A DNA stretch of 64,000 nt, from assembly GCA_011109175.1 (NCBI GenBank), contig RDEW01000017.1, forward strand, positions 1 through 64,000. The letters are read 5' to 3'. Numbering within the stretch: the stretch's first letter is position 1; the number at the start of each line of letters is the position of its first letter. The notes under the pieces were generated by a model. It did not search any database. It had not been told where the DNA came from and worked only from the letters and a program-made list of their open reading frames with translations. Shown here one piece after another: positions 12,601-26,244 of this stretch. Made by a program: the position numbers and the translations under genes. This DNA comes from Dicyema japonicum. Its lineage: Eukaryota; Animalia; Dicyemida.

Positions 12601-13879
12601 AATATACTTGCTTCAGAAAATTAACCGCTTCACCCCGTTTTACTAAAAAATATTAATTTTACTTTTCACAAAAACAGTAGAAAATGATTCGACTCAAACA
12701 ATATGACCACATGCGACACCATTCACGCTTCCATGATTGTGGTCACTTAGACAATAACTCTTGTAATTCCGGGGGTTAATAAATTAAATATTGTCTTATG
12801 GATAAATTTGCTAGTAAAATCTAAACGAGCTCCCATTTAAATTTATTGAACCAGAGAACTACCGTCACAACGAGAATAAAAAAATTAGATGATTCAGGCC
12901 TTCCTATGCTCGGACTAGAACGAAGTGCCGTCCAGGGGGAACTCCTCTGGATGGTCGTTGACTAATGACACTTTTTGAATATAACTAGGATTATATTCAA
13001 CTCACTGGAGCCAAAAGGGAAGAAGAGGAACAGAAGAAACAAAAATCTTCAATTCAAGTAGCCACATTAGATTCACCATACTAACGTTGTCGCCACGCGG
13101 CATATGGGGGATCTGCTTTCCATGGATTTAATTGCACGAGCCGAAGTATCTCAAAAAGTTTGAAAAAATATTTATTATCAAAATTAAAGCAAATTTCTAT
13201 CAATTTGGATAGATTTGTTCCAAACCCTGGCTATGATGGAGTAACTCCCACCTTCTTTTATAAAGGATGAATTAATGATAACCGCCCTTTTAACGGAAAG
13301 GACATCATCCTTCTCATTAGTAACGAGATCAATAACGGCCGGTCGTTTAACCTTGAATATTATAATTATGAAATACAGTCGTTGACTTTTTTGCCGGTAA
13401 TTCACCGTTCAAAAGTACAGACCCCGTGGCGAACTTCTCAAAAAAGACACTGAGTCGTTAAGAAATCATACTCTCTTTTGATTTTAAACAAATGTGAGGA
13501 GACCACGTCGAGTCTGTTCGATTTAGAGAAAATTTCAATTCTCTTTGATCGACCGATTGGGAAGTGATGACTATACTGAATGTCGAACTCGTCACATAGG
13601 TCATCCTTGTCATCGTGAAAGTCATCCTAATAATTATTAAACTCGTACACATAAGTTTCTAGTAATTCCTTATATTGCCACCAAATGTATAAAGGCTGTG
13701 TGTGGAATTCTCTCTTGAATAGGACGGATGTGGTTTTGCAGGGAAATTCGAAACAGTGCGTGCATCCAACGAGAAGCCATCACTGCTTAAATATAATAAA
13801 ATATTTATTAATTTGGATTTACTGAAAAAAACATTTAAAAATTAATAGATTAAGATTAGACAGTAAAAATTACGCCAAA

Positions 13880-14120
13880 AACCGCTCATCTATGTATACA
13901 TCACTTCGATGGCGAAGAATATCTTGGGAGACGACTATGTTACTGAAGTCAATGTAGTCTCACTTGGAACGAAAAATGGAAAAATTACCTTTGTGAACAT
14001 CTATGTGTCTTCGCCTGGTTCTTTCCATAAGCAATACGCTATACCCAATTTATCCACTTTGGTTTCCTTGAACGACGTGATCATGGATGGGGATATCAAC
14101 GCCAAATTACGTTCCTAGCT
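13880..14120 (+). mobile_element. LINE APE endonuclease fragment
   Basis: KITFVNIYVSSP...DVIMDGDINAK (GDFNA-like motif). Confidence 0.65.
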
Positions 14121-14559
14121 TGGCAGAACTACAAGTAAGACAAGAATAAAAACTCGATCGTGCATCCTGCACGAATGAATTAGTTATTTAGTTAGTTAAG
14201 TAAACCCGGCCTCACTAACATGTAAGAGACCAGCCGCTATTAAATTGGACGCGACGAATACGAGTCGCTCCCAAAGTGAAGTTTTTTTCTGAAATGTGAT
14301 GTTTTCAATTCCTTTAATTCGCAATAATTTAATTCAAAATAGACATCTCTTCTTTTAAAGTTTATATTTATATATTTAAAATAAAAAAAAAGTTTAATTT
14401 TTTAAAGTAAAATTCAATACAGAAGACTTCCAGCAAAAGAGGATTTTCATGAGACTTTCCATTTTTAGTAAGTTTCCGTGGTGTTCTGTAAGGTATTCCA
14501 TGATTGGGGGACGCTTATTGTTTTCTTTAGTAACGGCGTGGGTGTATAAGAAGTGTAAC

Positions 14560-14870
14560 ATGTGCTAGGAAGAGGCCTGAAGGTCGCTAGTTCGAATTCC
14601 AATACTCTAAATTTCGGTTGAAGCTTCCACGCATCTCTATGCTTTGGCTTGACGAGTGACGCTGTCATCAGTGAACATCCCACTGCGAAACCGGATCGTC
14701 ATATAGCACATACACCCAACAAAAAACAAGAAGTAAAGAATATTCCTTGGTTCTTCCTATCGTCGATTAGTTATGATAACTGTTTTTTGCTTAAAATAAA
14801 ATGTGTGTTCTGCCTGAGGGGAGCGATAGCTATTAGCTCCTCGGAAAGTGCATTTAAAAGAGAGGAAGCA
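14560..14870 (+). mobile_element. tRNA-derived SINE
   Basis: B-box AGTTCGAATTCC; core GAGTGACGCTGTCATCAGTGAAC..CACTGCGAAACCGGAT; 3' region shared with 31499-31815. Confidence 0.75.
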
Positions 14871-15989
14871 AACCAACAACGAAACAGATATTTTCATGAC
14901 TAAGAAACGAGTAATTTTTTAAATAATTCAAAGACGGAAGTATCAAGATAAAATTGAGAGGATAAATGATCTAAGAAATCATTAAAAACCCAATGACTTC
15001 GGTTCCTAAACCATTGAAATTTGTGAGTCAATATTTGGCAGAAATTGAAAATTTTGATAATTCTTTGTGATTCTTCTGCTTTTAAGGCAATTCTGTGAGA
15101 AGTCCATAAGTGAATTAATTTCTATCATTGCAATGCTAATGAAGAAAATAAATCCAGAGTTTTACTATTTTTCTGGCACATGAATAGTATAACATCTTGA
15201 AGGCATGAATACGTAAAACATATTTGTTATTCAGTGACTAAAAATGGATGACCCACACTGGATGTGAGTTGGTCTTATTATTATCCAATTAAACAACTTT
15301 TTGATGATATTGGGCCTTTTTACAATCTCACAATGCTGAGACCGAACTTTGTGATATAAAAATCGCATAGATTTCTGACATTGAATGGATTACTTCATAT
15401 ATTGATGAAAACAACTATAAAAGGATATTTTTTGGAAGAATGGCTATATTACCTTTTCAAAAAAGGAATAGAAAACGGCATACGAATCTTACTCGATATT
15501 TACTTGAAATTTAATGTTTTTCTTCCTTCATCGAGGCTCTGTGTTAAATACAATCTTGTCATGGAGTTAAGAGATGTTTTGAGTCGTTGATGATATGTTT
15601 TATGATCAGCAATTTTAGAAAATTCAAATGGCTTTCTTTTTAAGCTCTGCACGATCTTGGAATTGCATATTCAGGAACCAATAACGAACAAGTTATCTCC
15701 ATTTGACTAAAGCACTTACGACTGAACCATTAACCCATCGGTTTCATTTATAATTAACATATTTAGCTCATCGTGTACGCATGTTATTCTATTGGTTTGG
15801 TATTCTATTTTTTGTTATTGATTTAATAGCTCTAACCGATTTTAACGAACAAGGACGTATTAAATGTCTTATTACCTCCAGTTGTTCGAAATCATTGATT
15901 CAGAATGGTTCATCTGTCTTGGATATGTTTTACAGAGGTTATTAATATTCTTATATTAGAAAATAAACTTTCATTTTCTAGTTGGTAAA

Positions 15990-16170
15990 AAAATTTATTT
16001 TCCTTCCCTCCGATGGCGTCATTGGATCCACCTTACTGAGGAGACCGAATGCTTGTCGGCATCAAAGGGATCCGACTATTCTTCCCCCGGGGGACAATTT
16101 CGTTACCTGATGATAAGTTCTGGAACGCTGGAACTAGTCAGGATCAAGAAGTTAGTTAGTTTGGTATATC
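15990..16170 (+). repeat. inverted copy of the 10735-10920 repeat
   Basis: direct reverse-complement similarity. Confidence 0.8.
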
Positions 16171-16199
16171 GTTGATACTTCCCGAGAAAAAAAGGATCT

Positions 16200-16665
16200 A
16201 GGTAAATGATAATCTACAAAAATTGTTCTTATAATTGATTAAATTTTTATTATGGATTATATCTTTAAAGTGTTGTCATGATGTACACATTTAAATGATG
16301 ATGAATTGATGACTCGGTGCTTGATCTCTTTAAAGGTATGATTTTAGATGAGATTAGGCGAAAGTGAAGAAAAACGGGCTGCTCCTTTAGCATTATCTCT
16401 TCTTTACATTTCTAATCCTAATGTTGTAATTGTTGAAACTTTGGCCAAATATTCTCATGATGTTTATCAGGATGTCATTTCTTCTACTTTGGGAATTGTT
16501 AGTGCAGGTTAAAATTATCAATAATAAGAGCAACTAACAATGCCCAGCTGAGTTCTTATTTAGAAATCTAGCTTTACATATTGTTTCTACAAAAAATAAC
16601 AACTATCGGTATACTGTAAGCTTGGCCTAGAGTTTGTTTTATATGGATAAAGGAACCCTCATCAT
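16200..16665 (+). pseudogene. PSMD2: 26S proteasome RPN1/PSMD2 internal fragment, intron-containing, disrupted
   Basis: MRLGESEEKRAAPLALSLLYISNPNVVIVETLAKYSHD..LGIVSA|ATNNAQL...RNLA...MDKGTL aligns with the PSMD2 PC-repeat region [24 protein letters not shown]...GKGTL; in-frame stop, deletions, eroded intron. Confidence 0.8.
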
Positions 16666-16669
16666 TATT

Positions 16670-18045
16670 ATTATTATTGCCCCCAGGATCACTGGGTCAA
16701 AGAGAAAGAAATAAAAGTTCTCATCTAACTAAGTGATCCCAGACCGACAAAGGTGAGGACGAGTCCGGCGGGGTCGAGAATCCTGAACAGCTCTTCTCAG
16801 GAACCCTCATCATACACAATTCATATCCGGAAAGTTATGCAAAAGAAAGCTGCCATAGTATCTACTCTCATTAGCATTCTTGATTCGAATGAGGTTTTGA
16901 CTTTATTAAGATTTTTAATTATTTTAGATATTTTGGGAGTTAATCTCACATCACTTCTATTGATTGTCCTCACGAAATCTTCCGTATGTTGTTACATACA
17001 ACGAGAACTTAGTACAAATAAATGTGATGGTCAAAGCGGGCCAGGTTATATTTTGTATATATTCTAGGCAGTCGATCTTGCTGGGCAGATGGGAAATCAA
17101 TCTCATAATACACCTGTGATTCTTTCGCATGGAGAACACTAATGGATATATTTTTTAAAATTTATATCTTTAAGGAATTGTTGTTCTGAAACGAAATCCG
17201 AATTATGTTAAAGTCAATTTTTCTCATTTTAGAATATTTGTTTGTTCAAAAGACAAATTCGTCATTTATTTTGTTTCTAATTTTTATGCTTTTATGAGTT
17301 AATGGTACAAATATCATTTTATGCAATTATATTGCAAGGTATCTTGAAGACACTCTTTTTTACAAAATTTAGAACCTCAAAAATGATGGGCAAAGTGGAG
17401 AGACGATTGTCCGATTCTGTTAGATAGGATCGTAAATCCGCGTGGTGACCACAACGGAGGCGCGTCAAGTGAACAAGAATCATTTAGAATTTTTGAAATT
17501 TCTGATTTGCAACTCATTCGCAAAAAAATGTGGCCTTATTAGATATTAAAGAACATTCAGAAAACCACCTAGAATTTGATTTTTCGAAACGTACCTTTAG
17601 ACTCTAATACTTCCATCCATTCAACTAACTTCTCTTCAAGCTTTGATCTGCTGGCACGAAATAGCATTATTTTCTTCTTTATAATTAACAATTTTAGTTT
17701 TTTTCATTAAAAGTAACCCGACTATAGCGTTCAGAGGAATTGGAAAAAATGTGTTTATTAATTTTTATTTTTTTCCAATTCGTATAAAAATTATATTAAA
17801 ATTAGCCAATTAAAAAAAGAATAGATTTTCTTAGTTAATTTTTTCAAAATGTAACTTATTTTCGAAGGTCGAATGAAGTAGAATTACGCAGAAAAATGTT
17901 CATTTTTGTCTCCCGAGCAAATGAAAGTTCGATCGGCCCAGAAGTTATCTTCCCAATCGATTACCTGTGAAAGCACAAAAGTAGGTGCTTCCAGGCAGTG
18001 GTGGGTACATTGGAAGACCACAGACTTAAGATAGCGTCGTGTGGT
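16670..18045 (-). repeat. copy A of an about 1.3-kb inverted duplicated block ending in a LINE-type 3' hairpin and (TAA)n
   Basis: high reverse-complement identity to 26245-27545 over several hundred bp. Confidence 0.85.
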
Positions 18046-19529
18046 TCACCTGTTGTAGTGGCGTTCAGTATTTACTGGACACAGAAATGTTCCATTCGAT
18101 GTTCCCTCAATGCCGGTTACTTCGATGAGGTGGCTTTGTAATATCATGGAAATACATTTTGATTCCCTTAGTTTCACAATGACTCCTGTAACCATATGTT
18201 TTGGAGTGATAAGTTTGACTTATCATTCCGGACACAAAGATGAACCCGGGATCTCATGCTATACGACAATAATTAAAAAAAAGTAAATATTAATAATTTA
18301 ATGAGATACGACTTAATGAATCTTCGCCCTCGTTTAAATTTAAAAAGATTCCACTACTCCAGCAATTGCACAAACTGCCATTATATATTTGTTATTTAAA
18401 TTTATATATTTTATGTACTTTTTTATGACTAATGATAGTTGTTGAAGTATATATTTTCTTTTTGCAGTGAATAAAGCTGTTGACTTTAATTTGAGAATTA
18501 TCTTGTACCAAATTCACAGTCGAATTCTAAATCATGATTAATTTAAAATAACCATTTCTGGTAAAACTTGTTCTATTATCTGTTTTCAATAATTGTATTT
18601 TCATATCACTTATAGTTACGTTACCATATGGAGGGAAATTCAGAACACTTTTTCTGTATTTATAATAACTGTTATTTGTGAATTTCTTTAGTAACTCAAC
18701 AACTCCATCAGAATCTAAATTAATAAACCATTTTTTACATTTATGCTTGTATGCAATAATTCCAAAGGAACAAATAATAAACTAGCTATAATATAATAAA
18801 ATATTAATTTTATGCAATTTTCGCCCATGAAAACATAAAAAATAAACCAATTTTGCATCATTTAAATTTTCATGTAAAATCTTTTTTTAATATAGTGTGA
18901 TTACAGTATTATTAAAATTGTACAAAAATCAATTTTCCTTTAAATAATACTGTAACTCGGGCATCCTCTCTAACAACCCACATTGGTACTCCACCATCCA
19001 ACATTAATAAAGTTATAATTTTACTGATTATTGATAAAGATACATGAAAATACTGGTCGCGTGAATATTTTGTCACAATTAGTGTTATCGGAGGTTTTGT
19101 TTCCAAAAGTCTCTTAGACACACGAAATGGACACCGCATTACAATATCTCAAACTTCGTTCTTTGTCACATTGTAGTACAGCTTTTTCAAAATGCTAAAA
19201 AGTCTGTTCCTGACCATGTGGGATTTGTTGTGTTCAGACTAAAAACTTAAAAATTGAATATATTCAGTAGTTAATCGTTTTAGCTCTAGTTCGTCGTTTG
19301 CAAATTCGTAATTTATAATTTTTTCCTACAAATGAGCAATTATAAATATACGTAGATATATGGCACATTGTTTTCAAACGTAAAACTACTGGCAAGCCTT
19401 TTATAACGCCTCTTATCGGATATTGCCAGATCTGAAGGGATTAATTATTTTCAAATCGTGAAAAAACAATCGAAAAACAAAAACCATCAGTGTTAATAAA
19501 AGCGTGCTTTATATTATTTTGTATTTTAT

Positions 19530-19700
19530 TAACCCCGGATACACCGAGAAGTAAGTTAAAGTAAACAACTAATTAAGTGTATCCAATTTCCACTTGTACA
19601 GAAACAGAGTCCATCCGGAATCAACATAAAAGGTACATGCAGTTGTGGAAACCTTTCCACTGGAGTGGAGGAGAGCAAATGATCTTTTTTGCTAAATAAT
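19530..19700 (-). mobile_element. LINE 3'-end fragment (hairpin family)
   Basis: matches 30190-30395 and 57050-57255. Confidence 0.8.
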
Positions 19701-19959
19701 AATAAATTTAAATTAATTATTATTAAGAAACAATGATTAGTACGACCCGGTTTGGGCAGACCCCAGGGGTGGTCCATCCTTGGTTTTTTGGAACACCCCC
19801 GCTTTTAAGGCAGTTTTTGAAAACAGTCAATTTTCATTATATTATTTATTTTTGATGACTTCGGTTTGGGGCACATATTTAATTAATTTAATTACAAAAT
19901 TTTAATTTATTTATTAATTATTAAATAGTAATCATTTCACGTATTACTCACGAAGAAGG

Positions 19960-20990
19960 TTTTTGACACCACCATTCAGTCGGATTTGAAAAGATGGATA
20001 GCCAATTTTCTCTCCGGAAGAAGAGGACGTGTCTGTATAGGCCACGCAAGATCGAGGTCCCGTCTCCTACCAAATGGCGTCCCTCAAGGATCGCCCCTCT
20101 CTCCGGCATTATTCAACTTGTTCCTCAACGATTTACCCTGCCCTGGAGGACCAGATTCAATGCTTCTCACTTATGCTGACGACCTAATCATCGCTAGCAG
20201 GAACAAATACGTGGGTACAGCAAAATCAGAGCTTCAGTCACATATTGACGACCTGGGAGCCTGGTTGAAGTTGAATCGTCTCTCCGTATCCAGGGACAAA
20301 TCAACATATACAATCTTCACCACGGACAGAAAAGAAAAACATACACTGACTTGAACATTTTTGGAGACTCCTTACCACTACAGATTCGTCCAACTATCCT
20401 GGGAGTGACATTTGACCCTTTGATGTCATTTTCTCAACATGTGAAGAACGTTATGACAAAGGGTCTCAGGAAACTTAATATTATCAAACCGCTCTTGAAG
20501 TCCAAACCTTCACAGGAATGCGCCCTCGTCGTGTTCAATCAACTCCTAAAACCGACGATTGAGTACGCCTGTGCCTCATGGGCCTATGGAGCTTCGATAT
20601 CAAATTCACTCAAGATCAATACCCTAATTGGAAAACTAGCACGTCAAACAAATCTACCCCCCGATCTTTTCCCTCCAATGCTTGACCACGCCGCAATCAA
20701 AAATAATGGCTCCGGCTTCATCTGTCTGTGTGGCCAAGAAACAAGTCGTTTCTTCCATTCAAGGCTGAAGGCTTCAAATACACGAAATTTGGGGAAAAAC
20801 CCCACTCCTCTTCAAACCCTAATGAAAGATGATCGTCGTTTATTCAGGAAAGCCGTGGGTACTCTGGAGGAACACAGGAAAAACCTCTCGATCCTGTTGA
20901 GGCGTACCGGGATCACTTAATTAGTTGGATTACTCCTTCTTTCTTGGTGTTCCCTTTTCGGGGTTATTAAATAAATAATAATAATAAATA
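19960..20990 (+). mobile_element. 5'-truncated jockey/I-like LINE, nearly intact RT C-terminal half
   Basis: GVPQGSPLSPALFNLF, TYADDL, PTILGVTFD; one 1-nt frameshift at about 20351; ends TGIT* + hairpin + (TAA)n. Confidence 0.9.
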
Positions 20991-21931
20991 ACTTCCCTTC
21001 TGATCACAATTTTTTTGGTGGATAGCCAATTTTAATAAAAAATTTCCGTTTTTTATCGAAGAAATAAAAAGATCAACGTCTTTAAAATATCCTCTAATTT
21101 TTAGTAAATATATTTATGTGAATTGAATAATTATAATTTCATAAAAATTAGCTGATTTTTGAAAATAATGACCGACATGAAATCAATTTTTAGTGTATCA
21201 AAATATGTTGTACAGCTTGGAAGCTAAAATAAAAAATATTCCTCAGTGGGATCTCACGTGTCTGACCAAAGTGACAAGTTGGGGTAATAATTTACTTATT
21301 TTTTAAACGAAAAATCTTTTGTGTGGGGCATGACGTTGGATCGACTCCTTTCTATTTCACATATTGTATTTCAGCTCATTATGATCGCCCAATTGTAGCT
21401 TGTCGATTGAAAAAAATTGAAGAAATTTCAGCTTCACCCTAATCTCCTTCAAATCTCTTAAGGAGATGGGACAGTTGGTTAAAAAACATTAACAAATAGG
21501 AAACATGATTGTAGGACGACTCGGAGACTCTCATAAACAACAATAGTTACACTGATCTTGGAGTGCTTACTGTCTCTTGGCAACTAGAACATTAATTATA
21601 AATGTCTGATTTTGTTTTCGAATAAATTCAATGTATTTGAGTTACTTTATATATTTATTATAAAAACAAAAATTAAAAATTAAATTTAGAATGCCTAACT
21701 GCGGTGCATTCACTCTCTGTACTACAGGAAAAATTTCCTCAAATAATCAGCAAATCCAATCTATTAAAAGATCTTGTCATTCGGTTTAAACATCACTTGC
21801 TGTCACTCTACCCAACTAACAAATAAGGTGCAAAGTAACTGTCCCTTATTTGGTTGTCATGAACTGACAACTTCACCCTTGTAATTCGACTAAATCATGT
21901 TTGAGATAAACTTTTTTGAATAAAGTAAGAT

Positions 21932-24119
21932 TTAAAACAATAAATTATTCTGTAATCTTTCAAGAATCATTTGCTGATCATAATTCTTTACAAATTTACT
22001 CAATTCTCTGGAAAACTTGAAAATCTTAATCTTTCCATCCTCAAAAGTAATTGACTGTTAAATAAATCACGGAATTACCAAAGCAAAGCCAAACTTCGCT
22101 GTGCTGAGTGCTTCGTCGTTGTGATTGACTGAGGCGTCCAGAATCCTTCATAAATTAATAAACATACTTTTTTGAGCCAATTTTTTCATGCAAAACAGGC
22201 CACTACAGAATCGAGCAAATTGAAAAAATAAATTTCAGAATCCTCGCACAGACAGAAAAACATGAGAGGGCATGATTGAATCCATTTCAGTAATATTGGC
22301 CGGGACTTCAAACAACTAATCACACAACAAGGCTGAATATGGTTTATTCTATACAAGAAAATATCCCCCATCACAGATCCCACCTAAATATGACCCTCGT
22401 GTTATACAAGAAAGTAATTGGCGAGTATTTTTGAAAATTCCAAACAAACTGACTTTGTAGGGACTTGGTTCTGGACTTTTGTAACGTTCAAAAATTGACT
22501 TTCTTCGATTTTGCAAGCGAATTGGTCCAATCTATTTTAAATTGGTAAAAATTGTATTTAGTAAAAAATAAACTTACATTTGTGCCTAAATAATAATTAT
22601 TATAATTTTCATGGTGGCAAGCCATACAGAATAAAATATATTTTCTTCAAGTGACACTGAGAATGCCAAGAGCATCCTTAATTTGGATCCTGGAAAGTTT
22701 GACATTGATTCTTCGTTTGATTTATAAATGGACTAGAATAAATAACATACACGTGCCCAAATGTTGAGTTTGGAATATTTCTCAATCGATATAATCTGAT
22801 AATCAAATTCCATTTCGTTGGTTAGGGGAACACACTTAACTTGTACTACCGGAGAAGAATGCCGTTCACTTCATAGCAGGTGTTATAACAGGGAGATATG
22901 TTTTTGATATAAATTGAGTTAATTTGCAGTTGAGACCACGTGGGAGTGCATTTCAGATCCCAAACAATTATCGAACCGTCAATCTATAGTAACGAACTGA
23001 GACTACACTTCCAGCGTAGACTTCATTTGTAGAATTCAGCACTGTTGTGAGACTGACGACTTCTGTCTCACAATTTAAAATTCTAATTTAAATTGTAAAA
23101 TACTTTTGTGGGGTTTCCGGGTCTTTGATATTCCACAAGCAAATATAATTAGGGTTGTGAACGGTAAATAATACGTTTGGGTCAAAATTCGAAAACTGCA
23201 CAAGAGAACAGCTTCTGTCTAATTTTAATTCGAATTTATACTTTTTAATTGAGGTGGGGTATTAATATTATACGATTCTTCAAAATATTTCAATTTACAG
23301 GTACTTCCAACAAAATGCCTCTTTTCTTCGTTGAGAATCGAAATTATCATCTTTCCGGCCTTTTCGGCAAAAAGTCTGAGCTTATCGTCATTTTCCCGCA
23401 TTTTGTGTTTTTTGCTATTTTATGTAATTCAAGGACATACAACAGTCGCTTGTGTTCAGAAATATGCTTGGATGTTGAGTCCACGTGTCTTCTTTATTTA
23501 TAGGTTGTGTTTGAGTCTCAGTTTCCACTGAATCTTCATTACTTTGTGATCCGACCTATTTTTAATTAATTATAAATTATTTATTATTTATAATTATTTA
23601 ATTTACATTATTTTTGTTGGCGAATCTATTCATGAATAAATCATAGACTTCTAATGGCGGGCGATTTATCATCTCAAATGGAAGAGAGTATTCAAATTTT
23701 ATTATATTTTTTAAATCATTAAACTTTTTCATTTGCTTTGAAATCTATTTTTGTTTATATAGAGAATTTACCGATTTATTAATATTCAAATTAAAATTAA
23801 TAATCTTATAGTTTTCTTCAAATTCACTTTTAGTAATGTTGAGACTTGATTTTTGAACTTCTTCATCTTCCTCCTGAAAATCACTTTCAAATAAATTAGA
23901 GGTTACCTGGAAGTCACTTTCATACTCATTATCCGATATTGTATTTTCTTTTTCGATTAATTGTGTCACTTTGTGTGTTATTTCCTTTGGAATCGGTATT
24001 TCTAAATAAAATTAAAATAAGTTACTTTTGTTTTTATTTAATAAAGTCGATTTTTTATTCATTAATATTTGTGATTTTTTGGTAACTGGGCTTCTACTTT
24101 TATTTGTTTTCTTTTCCAT
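21932..24119 (-). CDS. DYNC2I1: dynein-2 intermediate chain WDR60; about 12 short introns; several apparent 1-nt frameshifts; missed by the ORF track
   Basis: PPLEVYDLFMNRF..SNEDSVETETQT...WTQHPS, LRLFAEKAGKMIISILNEE, ICLWNIKDPETPQKILNCE, AGSIDGSIIVWDL, LNIW, YLGTN, SGPV, FEDGKIKIF, all colinear with WDR60. Confidence 0.85.
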
Positions 24120-24682
24120 ACAAAATCTCACAAATATTGCTAGTAGTAACTTAATTCAAATTTATTATTTAATAATTTAAAATATATAAATTATATTAAA
24201 AATACATAAAATTGATTTCTGGGTTCGACCCCCGGCGGCCTATGCTAGTTGGGTTTTATCGTCCGTTTATCAATTATTCCATTAACGTGACGTCATGTTA
24301 TCCACCTTTCTAAGGAGACATTCAGTGTAAGATGCATCAAAAAGGAACCCTCTTCTATGAATCATTCTTTGGTTTATCTGTGATTTGGATTTGTCTTTGC
24401 GTTTGCCCAGTAGACACTGGATGCACTTAAATATATGTCAGCTCATTTCTCAGAAAGACAAACAACTCAGTCTAATTTAATCAAGACAACTCATTCTACT
24501 GATATAATTAGTCAAATCTAACTTAATCACTGATAGAATCAGTCAAACATGTCAAGTCATTACAAGTGAATAATATTAATAATTGAACACGCCAATCTGT
24601 AATGGACAATCTGTAATTTTATATTTTATTATGCAAGCCACAGCCATTATTACACCAATTACACAAACGGTTGTTATATATA

Positions 24683-25700
24683 CAGTGCGACCCCGAATTG
24701 GGTAAATCCAAGTAGCGGGGAAACCCTCTTTTTGGAGAAAACTTTGCTTTTAGAGAAATATTTTCGCCATCCCTATAAAATACGATGACTTTTTAAGAAA
24801 TAAACCCCTACTGGGGAAAAATTTTATATTATCACAAACGATTCATTAATACATTTCTATAATAATTTGAAATTTATTTAACCTGGTAAGTTAGCAAGCA
24901 AATCATTGAAAGTCGATGATACTTCTTTTGTGTTGCAGCTACACAGGAGAAAAATATAAACCGCTTATAATTGGGCGTGCGAAGTCACCAAGAGTATTAA
25001 GAGGCTTTGAATCTGAAAGAATCGGCATTGAATATTATGCTTCATGGTAAGCCTGGATGACGAAATATTTTTGAAAATTGGTAATCTCGATTTAACGAGG
25101 AAATGAGGGAGAAAAGGAGAAAAATAGCATTATTAATTGACAATGCAACTTGTCATGCTGTTTCTGCCCAATATTCAAACGTCGAAGTAATATTTTTTTT
25201 CCAAAAAAAACAACTTTTTTAATTCAGCAATGTGATCAAGGAATAATACAGGCATTTAGAATCATTTCAATAATTGGATGATGAAAACGATTATCCATGA
25301 TAAAAATCCCGTAGCTCAAATAGAATGCAATAAAGGGAATCACAATTTTGGATGCTATTTCATGTTCGAAATTGGCATGGGGCAAGATTAAAGAGACTTC
25401 AATGAAACATTGCTTTGAAAAGGCTTTGGAATATGACTGTCGGGAAAAAGAGGACATCGGAGAAAATCTGATTGATTCGGATATTGTGGAAAATGCAATT
25501 TTTGAGAGCTTCTGGGATCATAGTAGTGATGAAGAAGACTGCAGCGAACAACTTCTGGAACATTTGGATGATCAACAAGTTATAAATTCTAATTATGAAT
25601 ATTTAAATAAAAATTAAAGGTAATTTTAAATTTAATAAACTTATTAATTTTTATTTAATTTTAACTAATAATATTGTCTCATTATAACATTCTCCTTGAC
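24683..25700 (+). mobile_element. Tigger/pogo transposon remnant
   Basis: TA|CAGTGCGACCCCG start; FNEEMREKRRKIALLIDNATCH; CDQGIIQAF; LDAISCSKLAWGKIKETSMKHCFEKA. Confidence 0.75.
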
Positions 25701-26244
25701 CAAATCCTCTGATGGAGATTGCATTATGAAAACTATTCCGCTAATGAATGAAGTGATGTCCGCGACGGTAGGACGAGGGACAAAAATGAAAGAGGGCGGA
25801 CCTACTTCCCCACTTCTCTTCAGAATCGGAAGCCTGTAATGAAGTATTTAAAGATGGATTTGGTCGGCACAAGCAGATGTTATCCTTTTGGTTCCTTCCT
25901 TGGATTAGTTAGTTATGACTGTTTGTGCTGGGCTTACAATGGTAAGTCTGGGGTTAATAATAATAATAGCAACGTGCACAAGGGAAGAACTCGGGTAAAA
26001 GAAGAGGTCGCTGCTAGAATGCATCGGGATCACGTGATAATTAGTTTGGTTTTACGGTGATTTGAGTTGAGATGCCATATGGGCAGAGGGTTCAATTGGA
26101 CAAGGCGCTCTCAGAGTTGTTTCAGCAACCAGAATCAAATTTTCTTAAGGAGGCTGGAAAACAGGTAGGAGAGGAAGGTTATTGATTATCAAATATTAAC
26201 TTTTTATTGTTTTAAAATATTTTAAAGAAATGCCTCCGAAGCTT

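Noticed and set aside
23043-23070. Palindrome TGTGAGAC...GTCTCACA
   Set aside because: It lies within a WDR60 coding exon. A single short stem is compatible with chance.
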